Below, in pieces: positions 1-8,862 of a stretch of DNA of 36,889 bases. The stretch is from positions 1-36,889 of the forward strand of contig JAHQWH010000093.1 of NCBI GenBank assembly GCA_029856105.1, in the 5' to 3' direction. The notes below the pieces were generated by a model. The model was not told the DNA's origin, made no database searches, and worked only from the letters and a program-made list of their open reading frames with translations. The translations under genes were made by a program, and so were the position numbers. Within the stretch, counting starts at the first letter, position 1; each line of letters opens with the position of its first letter. Source of the stretch: Promethearchaeia archaeon (lineage in GTDB: Archaea; Asgardarchaeota; Lokiarchaeia; Sigyniarchaeales; SOKP01).

Positions 1-2
1 AT

Positions 3-167
3 GAATTTAAAGGCTCTTTTAGGCCGATAATCGTTAAACCGATTGGTTTAAAAATATTAGAATTTACTGAAGACGACATCTTCCAAAATAAGAATAAATT
101 AAAAATCGAATTTTCTCTCCAGAAAGGTTCTTACGCAACATTGTTATTACGTGAAATAATAAAATAA
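3..167 (+). CDS. truD: tRNA pseudouridine(13) synthase TruD, C-terminal fragment (5' end outside window)
   Basis: Manual translation from nt 3 gives EFKGSFRPIIVKP...KLKIEFSLQKGSYATLLLREIIK*; F.L.KGSYAT.LLRE is the characteristic TruD/Pus7 C-terminus. Confidence 0.85.
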   Translation, partial: EFKGSFRPIIVKPIGLKILEFTEDDIFQNKNKLKIEFSLQKGSYATLLLREIIK

Positions 168-171
168 AGAA

Positions 172-1719
172 CTATTCAATGCTTATTTCATATTCTTGAG
201 AGGTCTCATTTCCAAGAATATCAATAACTTTTACTGATATTTGATATTTACCTGCTTTTTCATAGAAATATCGATCTGAGGTTAAATCTAATTTACGGTT
301 TTTTGGCGTTCTGTATGAAATCCACATCATGTTAAAATAACTATTTTGACTAATAAAATCAATGGTCCAACTATCTATCCAATCAGAAAAAGATTGTATC
401 TTTCTTTTAAGTTTATTCTCAACTAAATCTAAATTTGGAACAAAATAGTCTATTAATTCAATTGATATATTATTATTGTCTTTTAGTATCTTGATTTCAA
501 ATTTTACATCTTGAAATAGAGTTTTTTTTTTTCCCTTTTGAATGTTATTCACTAAAAATTTATCATAAGTGTTAATATCTTGGAGATTTTTGTTTACATT
601 TAAAATTTTGAATGAATTAGGATTTTTTTTATATTTTTTTTCCCAATTAATAATATCGTTACTATTATAAATATCAAGGATTCTCTTGCGGCTTATGTTT
701 ATCGCGTGTTTTGTCATATCTGAACCAATCCATCGTCTTCCAAGTTTTTCTGCTACTGCTAATGTTGTGCCCGAACCACAAAAAAAGTCCGCAACTATGT
801 CTGTTTCGTTAGAAGATGCGAGGATAATTCTTCTTAATAACCTTTCTGGTTTTTGAGTAGAAAATCCTTGGTATTCTAAAGTATTTGCTCTAATATATGG
901 AATATCTGTCCAAACATCACGAGGAAAGATACCTTTATTAGTGACATAAACTTTTTGCGAGAGTTTTTTACCATTGTGACTTCCACCTCGATAATAGAAT
1001 ATGCCTTTATCATCTTCTTTTAATGCAAATTTAACTCGATCAGAATATTCCATGTAGATTCCTGGATCGTCGTTGAAAGTATATTCACTTGATTTAGTAT
1101 AAAATAGTATAGAGTCAAATGATCGGATAAAAAACCTTCTTGTTCTCATAGATGCCGCAGGATACGCCCAAATGACCTCGTTTCTGAAATTTTCTTTACC
1201 AAAGATTTCGTCCATTACAATTTTTATATAATGAGAAACATGCCAATCTAAATGCACATAAATGCTTCCATCTTCAGCAAGTAACTCTTTCATTACTACT
1301 AATCTTTCGTACAAAAAATCGATATATTCATCTATTCCTCCTTTCCACGCGTCTGAGTAAGCCTCATTAATCTCAAAAGCATCGTTTTCGCCTATTAGCG
1401 TTTTGAATTTGAAATCACCTCCAGTTGCGAAAGGAGGATCGATGTATATTATTTTGATCTTGTTTGAAAATTTTTTTATCAGAGAATTCATAACATCTTT
1501 ATTATCGCCCCAAATTAAGAGATTCTCCCAATCATTGACTTTAAATTGAGGTGTTTGGATAATTTCAGTATTTTTTTGAATTAATTCACTATTAGGTATG
1601 AATTTATTGATTGGGGGGCTGCTTATTGATTCTAATATTTGGAAAGGATAAAATATTTGAGTTTTATATGTTTTAGATCTTTCAAATTTATCTTTGTTTT
1701 TCCAATACAGATTTGGCAT
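172..1719 (-). CDS. Site-specific N6-adenine/N4-cytosine DNA methyltransferase, beta class (type III Mod-like), orphan
   Basis: IYIDPPF catalytic motif precedes DFFCGSGTT SAM-binding motif; STQKPERLL; C-terminal VKVIDILGNET domain. Confidence 0.9.
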   Translation of the reverse strand: MPNLYWKNKDKFERSKTYKTQIFYPFQILESISSPPINKFIPNSELIQKNTEIIQTPQFKVNDWENLLIWGDNKDVMNSLIKKFSNKIKIIYIDPPFATGGDFKFKTLIGENDAFEINEAYSDAWKGGIDEYIDFLYERLVVMKELLAEDGSIYVHLDWHVSHYIKIVMDEIFGKENFRNEVIWAYPAASMRTRRFFIRSFDSILFYTKSSEYTFNDDPGIYMEYSDRVKFALKEDDKGIFYYRGGSHNGKKLSQKVYVTNKGIFPRDVWTDIPYIRANTLEYQGFSTQKPERLLRRIILASSNETDIVADFFCGSGTTLAVAEKLGRRWIGSDMTKHAINISRKRILDIYNSNDIINWEKKYKKNPNSFKILNVNKNLQDINTYDKFLVNNIQKGKKKTLFQDVKFEIKILKDNNNISIELIDYFVPNLDLVENKLKRKIQSFSDWIDSWTIDFISQNSYFNMMWISYRTPKNRKLDLTSDRYFYEKAGKYQISVKVIDILGNETSQEYEISIE

Positions 1720-1807
1720 TTTTAATTAATTATAAGATGACAAAAAATTTATTGTTAATTTCCTTTTCAAATTTAAATTTAATAAAACTTGAGATTTGAA
1801 GGTTACT

Positions 1808-3130
1808 ATGTCTATTGATGAGATGAATGGTTGGAGAAAAACTCATTATACAAGGGATGTAACGCCTGAATTAGCCGGTCAAGAGGTAATTCTTGGTGGT
1901 TGGGTAAAAAATTATCGAGATCTTGGAGGTCTAAAGTTTATAAACTTACAAGATAAATATGGTGAACGACAGATTACTTTAAAAAAAGGTGTCGTTTCCG
2001 ATGAGATATTTGAAAAAGCAAAAGTTGGTTATCAATATTGTCTTATGATTAAAGGAAATGTGAAAAAATTTGAAAAGGCACCAGGTGGGATTGAAATTAT
2101 TCCAACTGAAATTAAAATCTTAAATAGGACTCCCGATAAACTTCCAATTGATATGACAGGAGAAACAATTTCAGAACTTGATCTTAGACTTAATAATAGA
2201 GCGTTAGATTTGAGATCTTTAAGAAACCAAGCAATCTTTGAAATCCGTGGGCAGGTGTTAATGTCAATTAGGAACTTTCTACTTAAACATGATTTTACAG
2301 AAATAACTACCCCTAAAATAATAGGCTCCGCGACTGAGGGGGGTACTGAGTTATTTCCAATTATGTATTTCGATAAAGAGGCGTTTTTAATACAATCTGC
2401 TCAATTGTACAAAGAACAATTAGGTGGAGTATATGAAAGGGTATTTGAAATTAGTCCCGCCTTTAGGGCTGAGAAAAGCCATACGAAAAGGCATTTATGC
2501 GAGATTTTCACGTTGGACGTTGAGATGTCTTTTGCTGACATGAATGATGTTCAAAAAACTTTAGAAGAATTGGTTCATAATGTCATAGTAGATGTTCGAG
2601 AAAATAGAATGGCTGCTTTGAAAGTTTTAAATATGGAAGATAAAACAATAGCTCCAAAATTACCTTTTCCTCGCTACAAATACGATGAGATCATTGAATT
2701 AGTTGATAAAAAATTTGGAATAACTATTGAATGGGGCGAAGATATTTCTACAGAAGCATATCGTAAACTAGGCGAAGAATTAACGGGATATTACTATATT
2801 ACTCATTGGCCAATGGAAATAAAGCCATTTTATATTTTACCGTCAAATAATCCAAAATATAGCGAATCTTTTGATCTTCAAATGGGATGGCTTGAATTAA
2901 CTTCAGGAGGAACGAGAGTTCACAATAAACAACAATTGATTGATGCTATTGACGCTAAAGGATTAAATCCCGCATCTTTTGAATCGCATATAAATGTGTT
3001 TGGTTTTGGAATGCCACCTCATGCGGGTTTTGGCTTAGGAATAGCTCGTTGGATAACCTTTATATGTGGTCTTGATGACATTCGGGAAGCCGTAATGTAT
3101 CCTCGAACCCCCGATCGTTTAGAACCTTGA
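1808..3130 (+). CDS. aspS: Aspartate--tRNA ligase, archaeal type, probably non-discriminating (Asp/Asn)
   Basis: OB-fold with RDLGG and KAPGGIE (Pro typical of non-discriminating enzymes), motif 2 FRAE, motif 3 GMPPHAGFGLG; ATG at 1808 preferred over TTG at 1796. Confidence 0.95.
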   Translation: MSIDEMNGWRKTHYTRDVTPELAGQEVILGGWVKNYRDLGGLKFINLQDKYGERQITLKKGVVSDEIFEKAKVGYQYCLMIKGNVKKFEKAPGGIEIIPTEIKILNRTPDKLPIDMTGETISELDLRLNNRALDLRSLRNQAIFEIRGQVLMSIRNFLLKHDFTEITTPKIIGSATEGGTELFPIMYFDKEAFLIQSAQLYKEQLGGVYERVFEISPAFRAEKSHTKRHLCEIFTLDVEMSFADMNDVQKTLEELVHNVIVDVRENRMAALKVLNMEDKTIAPKLPFPRYKYDEIIELVDKKFGITIEWGEDISTEAYRKLGEELTGYYYITHWPMEIKPFYILPSNNPKYSESFDLQMGWLELTSGGTRVHNKQQLIDAIDAKGLNPASFESHINVFGFGMPPHAGFGLGIARWITFICGLDDIREAVMYPRTPDRLEP

Positions 3131-3156
3131 GAAACCCGACCCGACCCCTTGAGAAA
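3125..3156. repeat. 10-bp direct repeat CCTTGAGAAA flanking CCCGACCCGACC at the aspS stop codon
   Basis: Copies read directly at 3125-3134 and 3147-3156. Confidence 0.7.
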
Positions 3157-3222
3157 ACTCCATAAGTCTTATATTTTTGAGATAATTTATTATTTTAATT
3201 AATTTTTTTTATAATTATAATT

Positions 3223-4131
3223 ATGTCAAACGATTGGATAGAATCTTACATTAAAGCTGGTAAAGCTGTTAAAGCTGCCAAAAAACTTGCTGCAAAATTA
3301 ATAAAACCAGGAGTTTTATTCTTAGATATTGCTAATAAATGTGAGGAAGAAATATTAAATCAGAGTTGTGAGTTATCTTTTCCAATTAATATGTCTTTAG
3401 ATGAGATAGCTGCTCATTATAGTCCGCCGATTGACGATAGTACTATTGTACCTAATAAAGGATTATTGAAAATCGATATAGGTTCCCACTATGACGGTTA
3501 TATTGCCGATTCAGCAATAACATTTAACATAAATAACGACGAAAAGCTCCAAAACATTATAGACGCCGCTCAAGAAGCCCTTGAAGCAGCAATTGAAATT
3601 TTTAAACCTGGCACAAAATTATACGAATTGGGAGATGTAATTGCTAAAAAAATTAAAAATCGTGGATTAGAACCAATCTATAATCTTGGAGGTCATGAAT
3701 TGAAACGATATAACTTACACGCAGGCCCTTTTATTCCAAATTATAAAGCTATAAGCCATAATCAAGTCTTAAAACCTGGAGATGCTTATGCGTGTGAACC
3801 ATTTGCTACTTCTGGGAACGGTATAGTAGAAAATGGTACTAAATCTTATATTTATCGATTTAATAAAGCAAAGAAGGGTTTACCCTTTATAGAGAAGAAT
3901 TATATGGATCAAATAAACAAATTAACAAAAAAATTACCTTTTTCGCCTCGTTTGCTCGAAAAGTATAATACCATCCCAAAAAATAAGATTCAAAGAACTA
4001 TTGATGTTTTTGTTCGTAAAAAAATTCTAGATCATTATCCAATATTAATAGAAAAAACTAAAAAACCAGTTGCTCAACAAGAACACACCATCATAATCGA
4101 TATGGATGGAAATACTATTGTTACAACATAA
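3223..4131 (+). CDS. map: Methionine aminopeptidase type II
   Basis: AAHYSP, KIDIGSHYDGYIADSA, GHEL..YNLH, ACEPFAT, QQEHT metal-binding motifs. Confidence 0.95.
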   Translation: MSNDWIESYIKAGKAVKAAKKLAAKLIKPGVLFLDIANKCEEEILNQSCELSFPINMSLDEIAAHYSPPIDDSTIVPNKGLLKIDIGSHYDGYIADSAITFNINNDEKLQNIIDAAQEALEAAIEIFKPGTKLYELGDVIAKKIKNRGLEPIYNLGGHELKRYNLHAGPFIPNYKAISHNQVLKPGDAYACEPFATSGNGIVENGTKSYIYRFNKAKKGLPFIEKNYMDQINKLTKKLPFSPRLLEKYNTIPKNKIQRTIDVFVRKKILDHYPILIEKTKKPVAQQEHTIIIDMDGNTIVTT

Positions 4132-4987
4132 AGATAAACCCAAGGAAAACATCACAAGTGTTATACTATGTGCCGGTGAAGGCACTCGTGTTAGAGATAT
4201 TGCGAAACATATTCCAAAACCACTAATTAAGATCAAATCTTTAAACAATCAAACCATTCTTTCGCATTTGATTTCCGGTTTAATCAATTTAGAGATTGAA
4301 CCAATTGTAGTGGTAACAGGTCATTTAGGTGAGCAAATCGAAGTTTTTGTAAATTCTTACCAAATAAAAAATAAATGTAAAAAAAATAAAATATTAATAA
4401 ATCGTTCTGGAGTTCAATATAAATTAGGTCCATTACATTCCTTTCTAAGTATTACAGGAAATAACCAAATTTATAAAGAGGATAGAGTTTTTATGATCTT
4501 TCCAGGAGACACTATTTTTGATCAAAATCTTTTACAAAAAGCTTTGAACCTTTTGTTGAAAAATTATAGTCTACTTGATAAATGTTCAATCATTTTTTAC
4601 AGAAAGATAAAAATTAGCTCGTTAAAAGAAAGATTTAAAACCCACGAGCCTAACTTGTTTAAAACAATATCCTATTTAAAAATAAATAGAAACGGATCAA
4701 AATTAATTGTCAGAGAGATCAAACAGAGAACTTTAAGCTCTTTTAGAAATAAAAAAACGATACATCAAGTTATACCCATTTTTATTTTCAGTTTTAGGAT
4801 AGTTCAAGAAATTAAAAATTTAGCAAATTGTAATAGATATAAAACAATTAGAGAAATTGTTAATTTAATAATCAAGAAAAAAGAAATATTTTTAGCCCTT
4901 TCTATTGATCCTGAATATAATTTTTATGATATTGATTCCCCTATTGATTTAACGATCTTAAATGAAAAAAAAAAAGATGGACAATAG
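4106..4987 (+). CDS. Sugar-phosphate nucleotidyltransferase family protein (NTP_transferase/MobA-like)
   Basis: ILCAGEGTR...PKPL N-terminal motif; FYDIDSPIDL C-terminal motif. Confidence 0.8.
   Translation: MEILLLQHKDKPKENITSVILCAGEGTRVRDIAKHIPKPLIKIKSLNNQTILSHLISGLINLEIEPIVVVTGHLGEQIEVFVNSYQIKNKCKKNKILINRSGVQYKLGPLHSFLSITGNNQIYKEDRVFMIFPGDTIFDQNLLQKALNLLLKNYSLLDKCSIIFYRKIKISSLKERFKTHEPNLFKTISYLKINRNGSKLIVREIKQRTLSSFRNKKTIHQVIPIFIFSFRIVQEIKNLANCNRYKTIREIVNLIIKKKEIFLALSIDPEYNFYDIDSPIDLTILNEKKKDGQ
4965..4975 (-). terminator. Oligo-T (T11 on minus strand) terminator for the candidate ncRNA
   Basis: A11 run on + strand lies directly 3' of the closing helix on the minus strand. Confidence 0.55.
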
Positions 4988-5462
4988 TAGCTCCGATATT
5001 CTAGTATTCTTGTTTCAAAGGAAATACACCTTTTACTCCGTTGAATCGAATTTTAAATCAAAGCTCCTATTGTAAGAATTCATTATTTTTATTGAAAGAT
5101 ATTAATGTTTGGATGTCTCATGTATCATATATCAAAAAAATTATTTAATTCGACAAGAGATCAGGCAAGAGTGTCAACTTGCACCATATACTAATATCAA
5201 TTCTAAACTGATTGCTATATCTCTATTATTACATTATTGCTCCGAAGTGCAAACTAATCTTCCTATGATTCAATATAACGCACTAAAGGAACATGATAAA
5301 ATAAATCCACATGGAAATCAAGGCATAAGCATTAACTCTGGGCGTACAAAAAAAAAAATCCAGAACTTAAGAATCTGTTATCAATTTTGTAACAACAAGC
5401 CAGTTGTTTCAATTGTAACGATGTATTCTAAACCAATGCATATATTATTACTATTGTCCAAC
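4976..5462 (-). ncRNA. Candidate ~485-nt structured non-coding RNA, unidentified; loosely RNase P/MRP-like layout
   Basis: Perfect 12-bp complementary ends TGGACAATAGTA (4978-4989) / TACTATTGTCCA (5449-5460); upstream TATA box; downstream T11; internal stems with G-U pairs and a cUUCGg loop on the minus strand; no credible ORF. Confidence 0.6.
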
Positions 5463-5482
5463 TATTAATATGGCAAAATGAC

Positions 5483-5490
5483 TATTTAAA
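5483..5490 (-). promoter_or_regulatory. Archaeal TATA box (TTTAAATA) for the candidate ncRNA
   Basis: Minus strand TTTAAATA ends about 22 nt before the 5' arm of the terminal helix, the spacing expected for a TSS near 5461-5464. Confidence 0.55.
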
Positions 5491-5603
5491 TGTTGTTATT
5501 AATTTCATTACTAATTGACTCTTTTAATAACAGAAAGTTTAATACATCCGAAAGTTATCATTCAAAATAAGATTATTTACAGTATACAAATTGTTAGGCA
5601 ATT

Positions 5604-5993
5604 ATGTCTGATAGCGGAATAATATCAATTAAAATTGATCTCTTCGGGATAGGGAGTGTATCTGCTAATATAATTCGACATCATGCCCCCTTATCTGCCG
5701 ACGCCATTCTAAATAAGATGCCCTTTGTTCTAAAAGGGCGATTTAGTTTTGGAACAAAAGTGTATTGGACACTTCTAGGTTTGGAATTAAATAAAGGCCA
5801 TAATTCGAAATCAATTAAAATCGTTGAAAAAGGAGATATTATATACAACCCAAAAACTGATGAATTGATAATCCTTATAGAAGATACAGAAATGCCAAAC
5901 AAAGTAAATAAGATTGGAAAAGTTACGGAAAATATAGAATTTCTTCTACAAGCTAGAAATGGCTTAGGAACTAAACTGTCCAGGGTGAAATAG
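5604..5993 (+). CDS. Cyclophilin-like fold protein (TM1367/DUF369-like)
   Basis: APLSADAILNKMPF, VEKGDIIYNP, VNKIGKV pattern. Confidence 0.7.
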   Translation: MSDSGIISIKIDLFGIGSVSANIIRHHAPLSADAILNKMPFVLKGRFSFGTKVYWTLLGLELNKGHNSKSIKIVEKGDIIYNPKTDELIILIEDTEMPNKVNKIGKVTENIEFLLQARNGLGTKLSRVK

Positions 5994-6021
5994 GTTTAAA
6001 AGAGAAATCAAGGAGAACTAA

Positions 6022-6843
6022 ATGGCTATCTCGAGAAAATTAACGGTTATTTTCGCTTTTTTCTACTTAGGGGTTATTATCTATTTGATTTTATTCTTAA
6101 CAGTTCCAGAGATTCAACAAGCAATAATTCTGTCAAGGCACGATATTACTGGACTTACAGACGGTTCTAATTATGTCATAATACTTTTAATCTCTTTTTT
6201 CATTTGTCTTATAGGAAACGCTAGCATTGGGTTTCCTATACCATATCCCTTTATGCTTTTTTCTTTTTCTAATTCTATTTATCTTAAATATTCAATAGCA
6301 GGATTGACCTTGAGTGAAGTACTTTTAAATGGTCCTTTTTGGTTAGAAATACTAGGAATAGCTGTTGTTGGCGGGTTAGGGAGCGCACTAGGCGAACTTG
6401 TAGGCTTCTTGATAGGAATTGGCGCAAAAAAAATTGCTAATAGAACTCACTCAAAAACACTTGAAAACATACAAGGATTCGGTAAACTGGTATTAGATCA
6501 CCCAAAAACCATGCATTTATACATATTTATTGCCGCAGCTCTACCAATTCCCGACGACCCTCTGTGGATCGCTTTAGGAATGTCAGATAAAAAAATAAAT
6601 TTTCCTAGGTGTATTATATGGGCTTGGGCAGGAAAGAATATTACCACTCTATTATATGTAATTTTCCCTTTATTAATTTTACTTGGATTTAGTGCTACAG
6701 GAATTGAGCTTAATGATACCTCGAGCGTTATAACCGAATCTGTAATGTTATTAATTACTCTAGCAATTATGCAATTCATTCTGCAATTTAATTGGGATAA
6801 ATTTCTTGATAAAGGAAGCGAGAAAAATTCAGAGCTCAAATAA
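6022..6843 (+). CDS. DedA/VTT-domain membrane protein
   Basis: GSALGELVGFLIG and FIAAALPIPDD motifs; multiple TM segments. Confidence 0.75.
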   Translation: MAISRKLTVIFAFFYLGVIIYLILFLTVPEIQQAIILSRHDITGLTDGSNYVIILLISFFICLIGNASIGFPIPYPFMLFSFSNSIYLKYSIAGLTLSEVLLNGPFWLEILGIAVVGGLGSALGELVGFLIGIGAKKIANRTHSKTLENIQGFGKLVLDHPKTMHLYIFIAAALPIPDDPLWIALGMSDKKINFPRCIIWAWAGKNITTLLYVIFPLLILLGFSATGIELNDTSSVITESVMLLITLAIMQFILQFNWDKFLDKGSEKNSELK

Positions 6844-6856
6844 ATAAAATTAAATT

Positions 6857-7030
6857 TTACTTTTTCTTCTCTTCATTTCTTAAGCAATTTTTACAAACGA
6901 AAACTTTTTTTTGTTTGCTTTTTGAATTTTCGTCTTGATAAATTCGTTGGTAGATATAATCGCCGCATACTGCGCACAAAGTTGTGGTCCGCGTTTCGTT
7001 TAATAACGGACCTAAATTGTCAAAAGTCAT
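6857..7030 (-). CDS. Small C4 zinc-ribbon protein, 57 aa (absent from the ORF track)
   Basis: Manual translation MTFDNLGPLLNETRTTTLCAVCGDYIYQRIYQDENSKSKQKKVFVCKNCLRNEEKKK*; two CxxC pairs; starts 10 nt after the Alba-like stop. Confidence 0.75.
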   Translation of the reverse strand: MTFDNLGPLLNETRTTTLCAVCGDYIYQRIYQDENSKSKQKKVFVCKNCLRNEEKKK

Positions 7031-7039
7031 AAATAAAGT

Positions 7040-7384
7040 TTAGATCTTTGATTTTGAAATTGTAATTTCAATTTTGCTAATTAAATCCTTTTTATTTCGA
7101 TTATTTGAGTTATTTTTTCTAAAATCGTTATTTCTTCTATAATTTCCTTGCTGTCTTCTTTCGAAATAAGGACGACTTCCCAGTGAAACATTCTCTATTT
7201 CTACAGAAGGATACATGCGATTTCTTACAATTTCTGCTACTTCAACTGCGGTAGAAATCTCTTCGCCTTCTCCTTTTATTAATAACGATTTGGTGCCCCC
7301 TGAAAAAGCAAAAATGGCTTCTTTTATTGTTTTTTCTTTTTCTGCGCGATTTCTGATTATTATATGTGTTGTATTATTAGGCAT
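7040..7384 (-). CDS. Divergent Alba-family DNA/RNA-binding protein with R/N-rich loop insertion
   Basis: LLIKGEGEEISTAVEVAEIVRNR...IENVSLGS...ISKIEITISK follows the Alba pattern (IKARG.AIS.AVDVAE..R.RF...VS.IEI.L). Confidence 0.8.
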   Translation of the reverse strand: MPNNTTHIIIRNRAEKEKTIKEAIFAFSGGTKSLLIKGEGEEISTAVEVAEIVRNRMYPSVEIENVSLGSRPYFERRQQGNYRRNNDFRKNNSNNRNKKDLISKIEITISKSKI

Positions 7385-7503
7385 GAAAGAATTTGTTAAG
7401 TTTGATTTAAAAGCAGATTAAGTATTAAATATACTCCAAGTAATATAAAAGTTATTTAAATTCAATTCTTTAAAATCTTAAAAAATTTGAGAGAAGTAAA
7501 TGT

Positions 7504-8760
7504 TCAAATATTAAATTCTGAACGAGAATTGAGATCATCTAATATTTTTTTATATTCAGAACTCCTTTCCTCAAAGTGTTCAATTATTTTCCTTTCATCT
7601 GTATCTAAATAATCAAATAGAGGAGAAATAATTTCAATACGCTTAGTAAACTCGTTCATTAGTTTTTTATGCCATTCATTTGGCTTAGCTAGCATTACTT
7701 TAATTTTTTTTTTAAATTTATCTTTCTTTTGTTCAAAATCTTTCAATTGATTAGTTTTCTTTATCTTAATTAAACTCTCTTCGCATTTTTTAAATTCTTT
7801 TTCTATTTTTTCTCTAAATTTAGGGATTCTATAAATTTTTTTGTCAATATCAGGATCCCATTCGTATAAGTAATAGTCATCCTCTTCAGCTTCTTTTTCG
7901 TCATCAGTTAATTTAATCTCTTTTTTCAAGACCATAATGAGACCAAAGTTTCTCTGTAGTTGAGCCAAATACCTTCGTCGTAAAATATCATCAATATACT
8001 TAACTTCCTTTAAAACATTTTTCATGTTTTTGAAAATATTTTTAACTTCTTTTTCAGCGTTTTTTACCATTTTTTCTTTACTTAATTCAAATTTTAGTTC
8101 TATAGTATTAGAATAAGTAGCAAACATGCCGCGATCTGGGTTCTTTAGCCTTATTCCCGCAATTCCTAAGTAATAAGTACTAGACGCTATTTCAGTATGA
8201 TCAAACACTAAAGCTATAGCAAAAGGATTTACACCTTGATAAAACAGTTGCGTTTCAATATCTCTAGGCGAAAATATAAAGCCAATACCTGGGTGTGTAT
8301 GCCACCACCCTACAAAGAACTCTTCTTTATTATCTTGGATAGATCTTTCATAGACTGCCGTGTTAAATTGTGCTGTATCTACATAATGTTTGCTTTTATA
8401 TTCAACATAGGCTCTATCACCAACCATCACGGGGATTGCATCTTTAATGATAACTTCTTTATTATCTTTTATCGAGCCTATTAGAATTCCGTAAACTTCA
8501 CGCCAAGATTTTTGAGGTAAATCTTTATTTCCATATCGCATAGCATAGCCTATAATTCGCCTGTATGCGTTGTATGAAATAAAAGTAGGCGTTTCCGCCG
8601 GATCAATACCATATTTTTGAATATGATGTTCTTTTGTTGATAATTCAATAATATCATCTGATTTAGAAGTCAATGTTTCATTCTCTTCTTTTTCGATTTC
8701 GTTTTGTTCAACGCTATTGTCATTTACATCATTATTACTAGTGTCTCTTCTGTTCATCAA
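7504..8760 (-). CDS. MPN+/JAMM metalloisopeptidase (Rpn11/CSN5-like) with long helical C-terminus
   Basis: REVYGILIG and VGWWHTHPGIGFIFSPRDIETQ give a complete E-HxH-S-D JAMM motif. Confidence 0.85.
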   Translation of the reverse strand: MMNRRDTSNNDVNDNSVEQNEIEKEENETLTSKSDDIIELSTKEHHIQKYGIDPAETPTFISYNAYRRIIGYAMRYGNKDLPQKSWREVYGILIGSIKDNKEVIIKDAIPVMVGDRAYVEYKSKHYVDTAQFNTAVYERSIQDNKEEFFVGWWHTHPGIGFIFSPRDIETQLFYQGVNPFAIALVFDHTEIASSTYYLGIAGIRLKNPDRGMFATYSNTIELKFELSKEKMVKNAEKEVKNIFKNMKNVLKEVKYIDDILRRRYLAQLQRNFGLIMVLKKEIKLTDDEKEAEEDDYYLYEWDPDIDKKIYRIPKFREKIEKEFKKCEESLIKIKKTNQLKDFEQKKDKFKKKIKVMLAKPNEWHKKLMNEFTKRIEIISPLFDYLDTDERKIIEHFEERSSEYKKILDDLNSRSEFNI

Positions 8761-8862
8761 ATAATCAATTTATAAAGTATTTTAACAAATTAATTATAAA
8801 TTAATGATTTTTATTCTTTTATAGTCTTTTTATATTAATTCGAAAAACATTCTTAAAAAGTT

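Noticed and set aside
4978-5460. MITE interpretation of the 12-bp terminal inverted repeat
   Set aside because: No flanking target-site duplication (AGA versus ACT) and no transposase in the window, while a TATA box and T11 are positioned as for a transcript. Not fully excluded without a genome-wide copy search.
4976-5462. Calling this canonical rnpB, SRP RNA or tmRNA
   Set aside because: No GAGGAAAGUCC CR-I, no SRP helix-8 motif and no tRNA-like T-arm were recognisable, so it is left unnamed.
5109-5468. 119-aa + strand ORF in the track
   Set aside because: TTG start, no recognisable motif and atypical composition; it lies antisense to the candidate structured RNA, which explains the region better.
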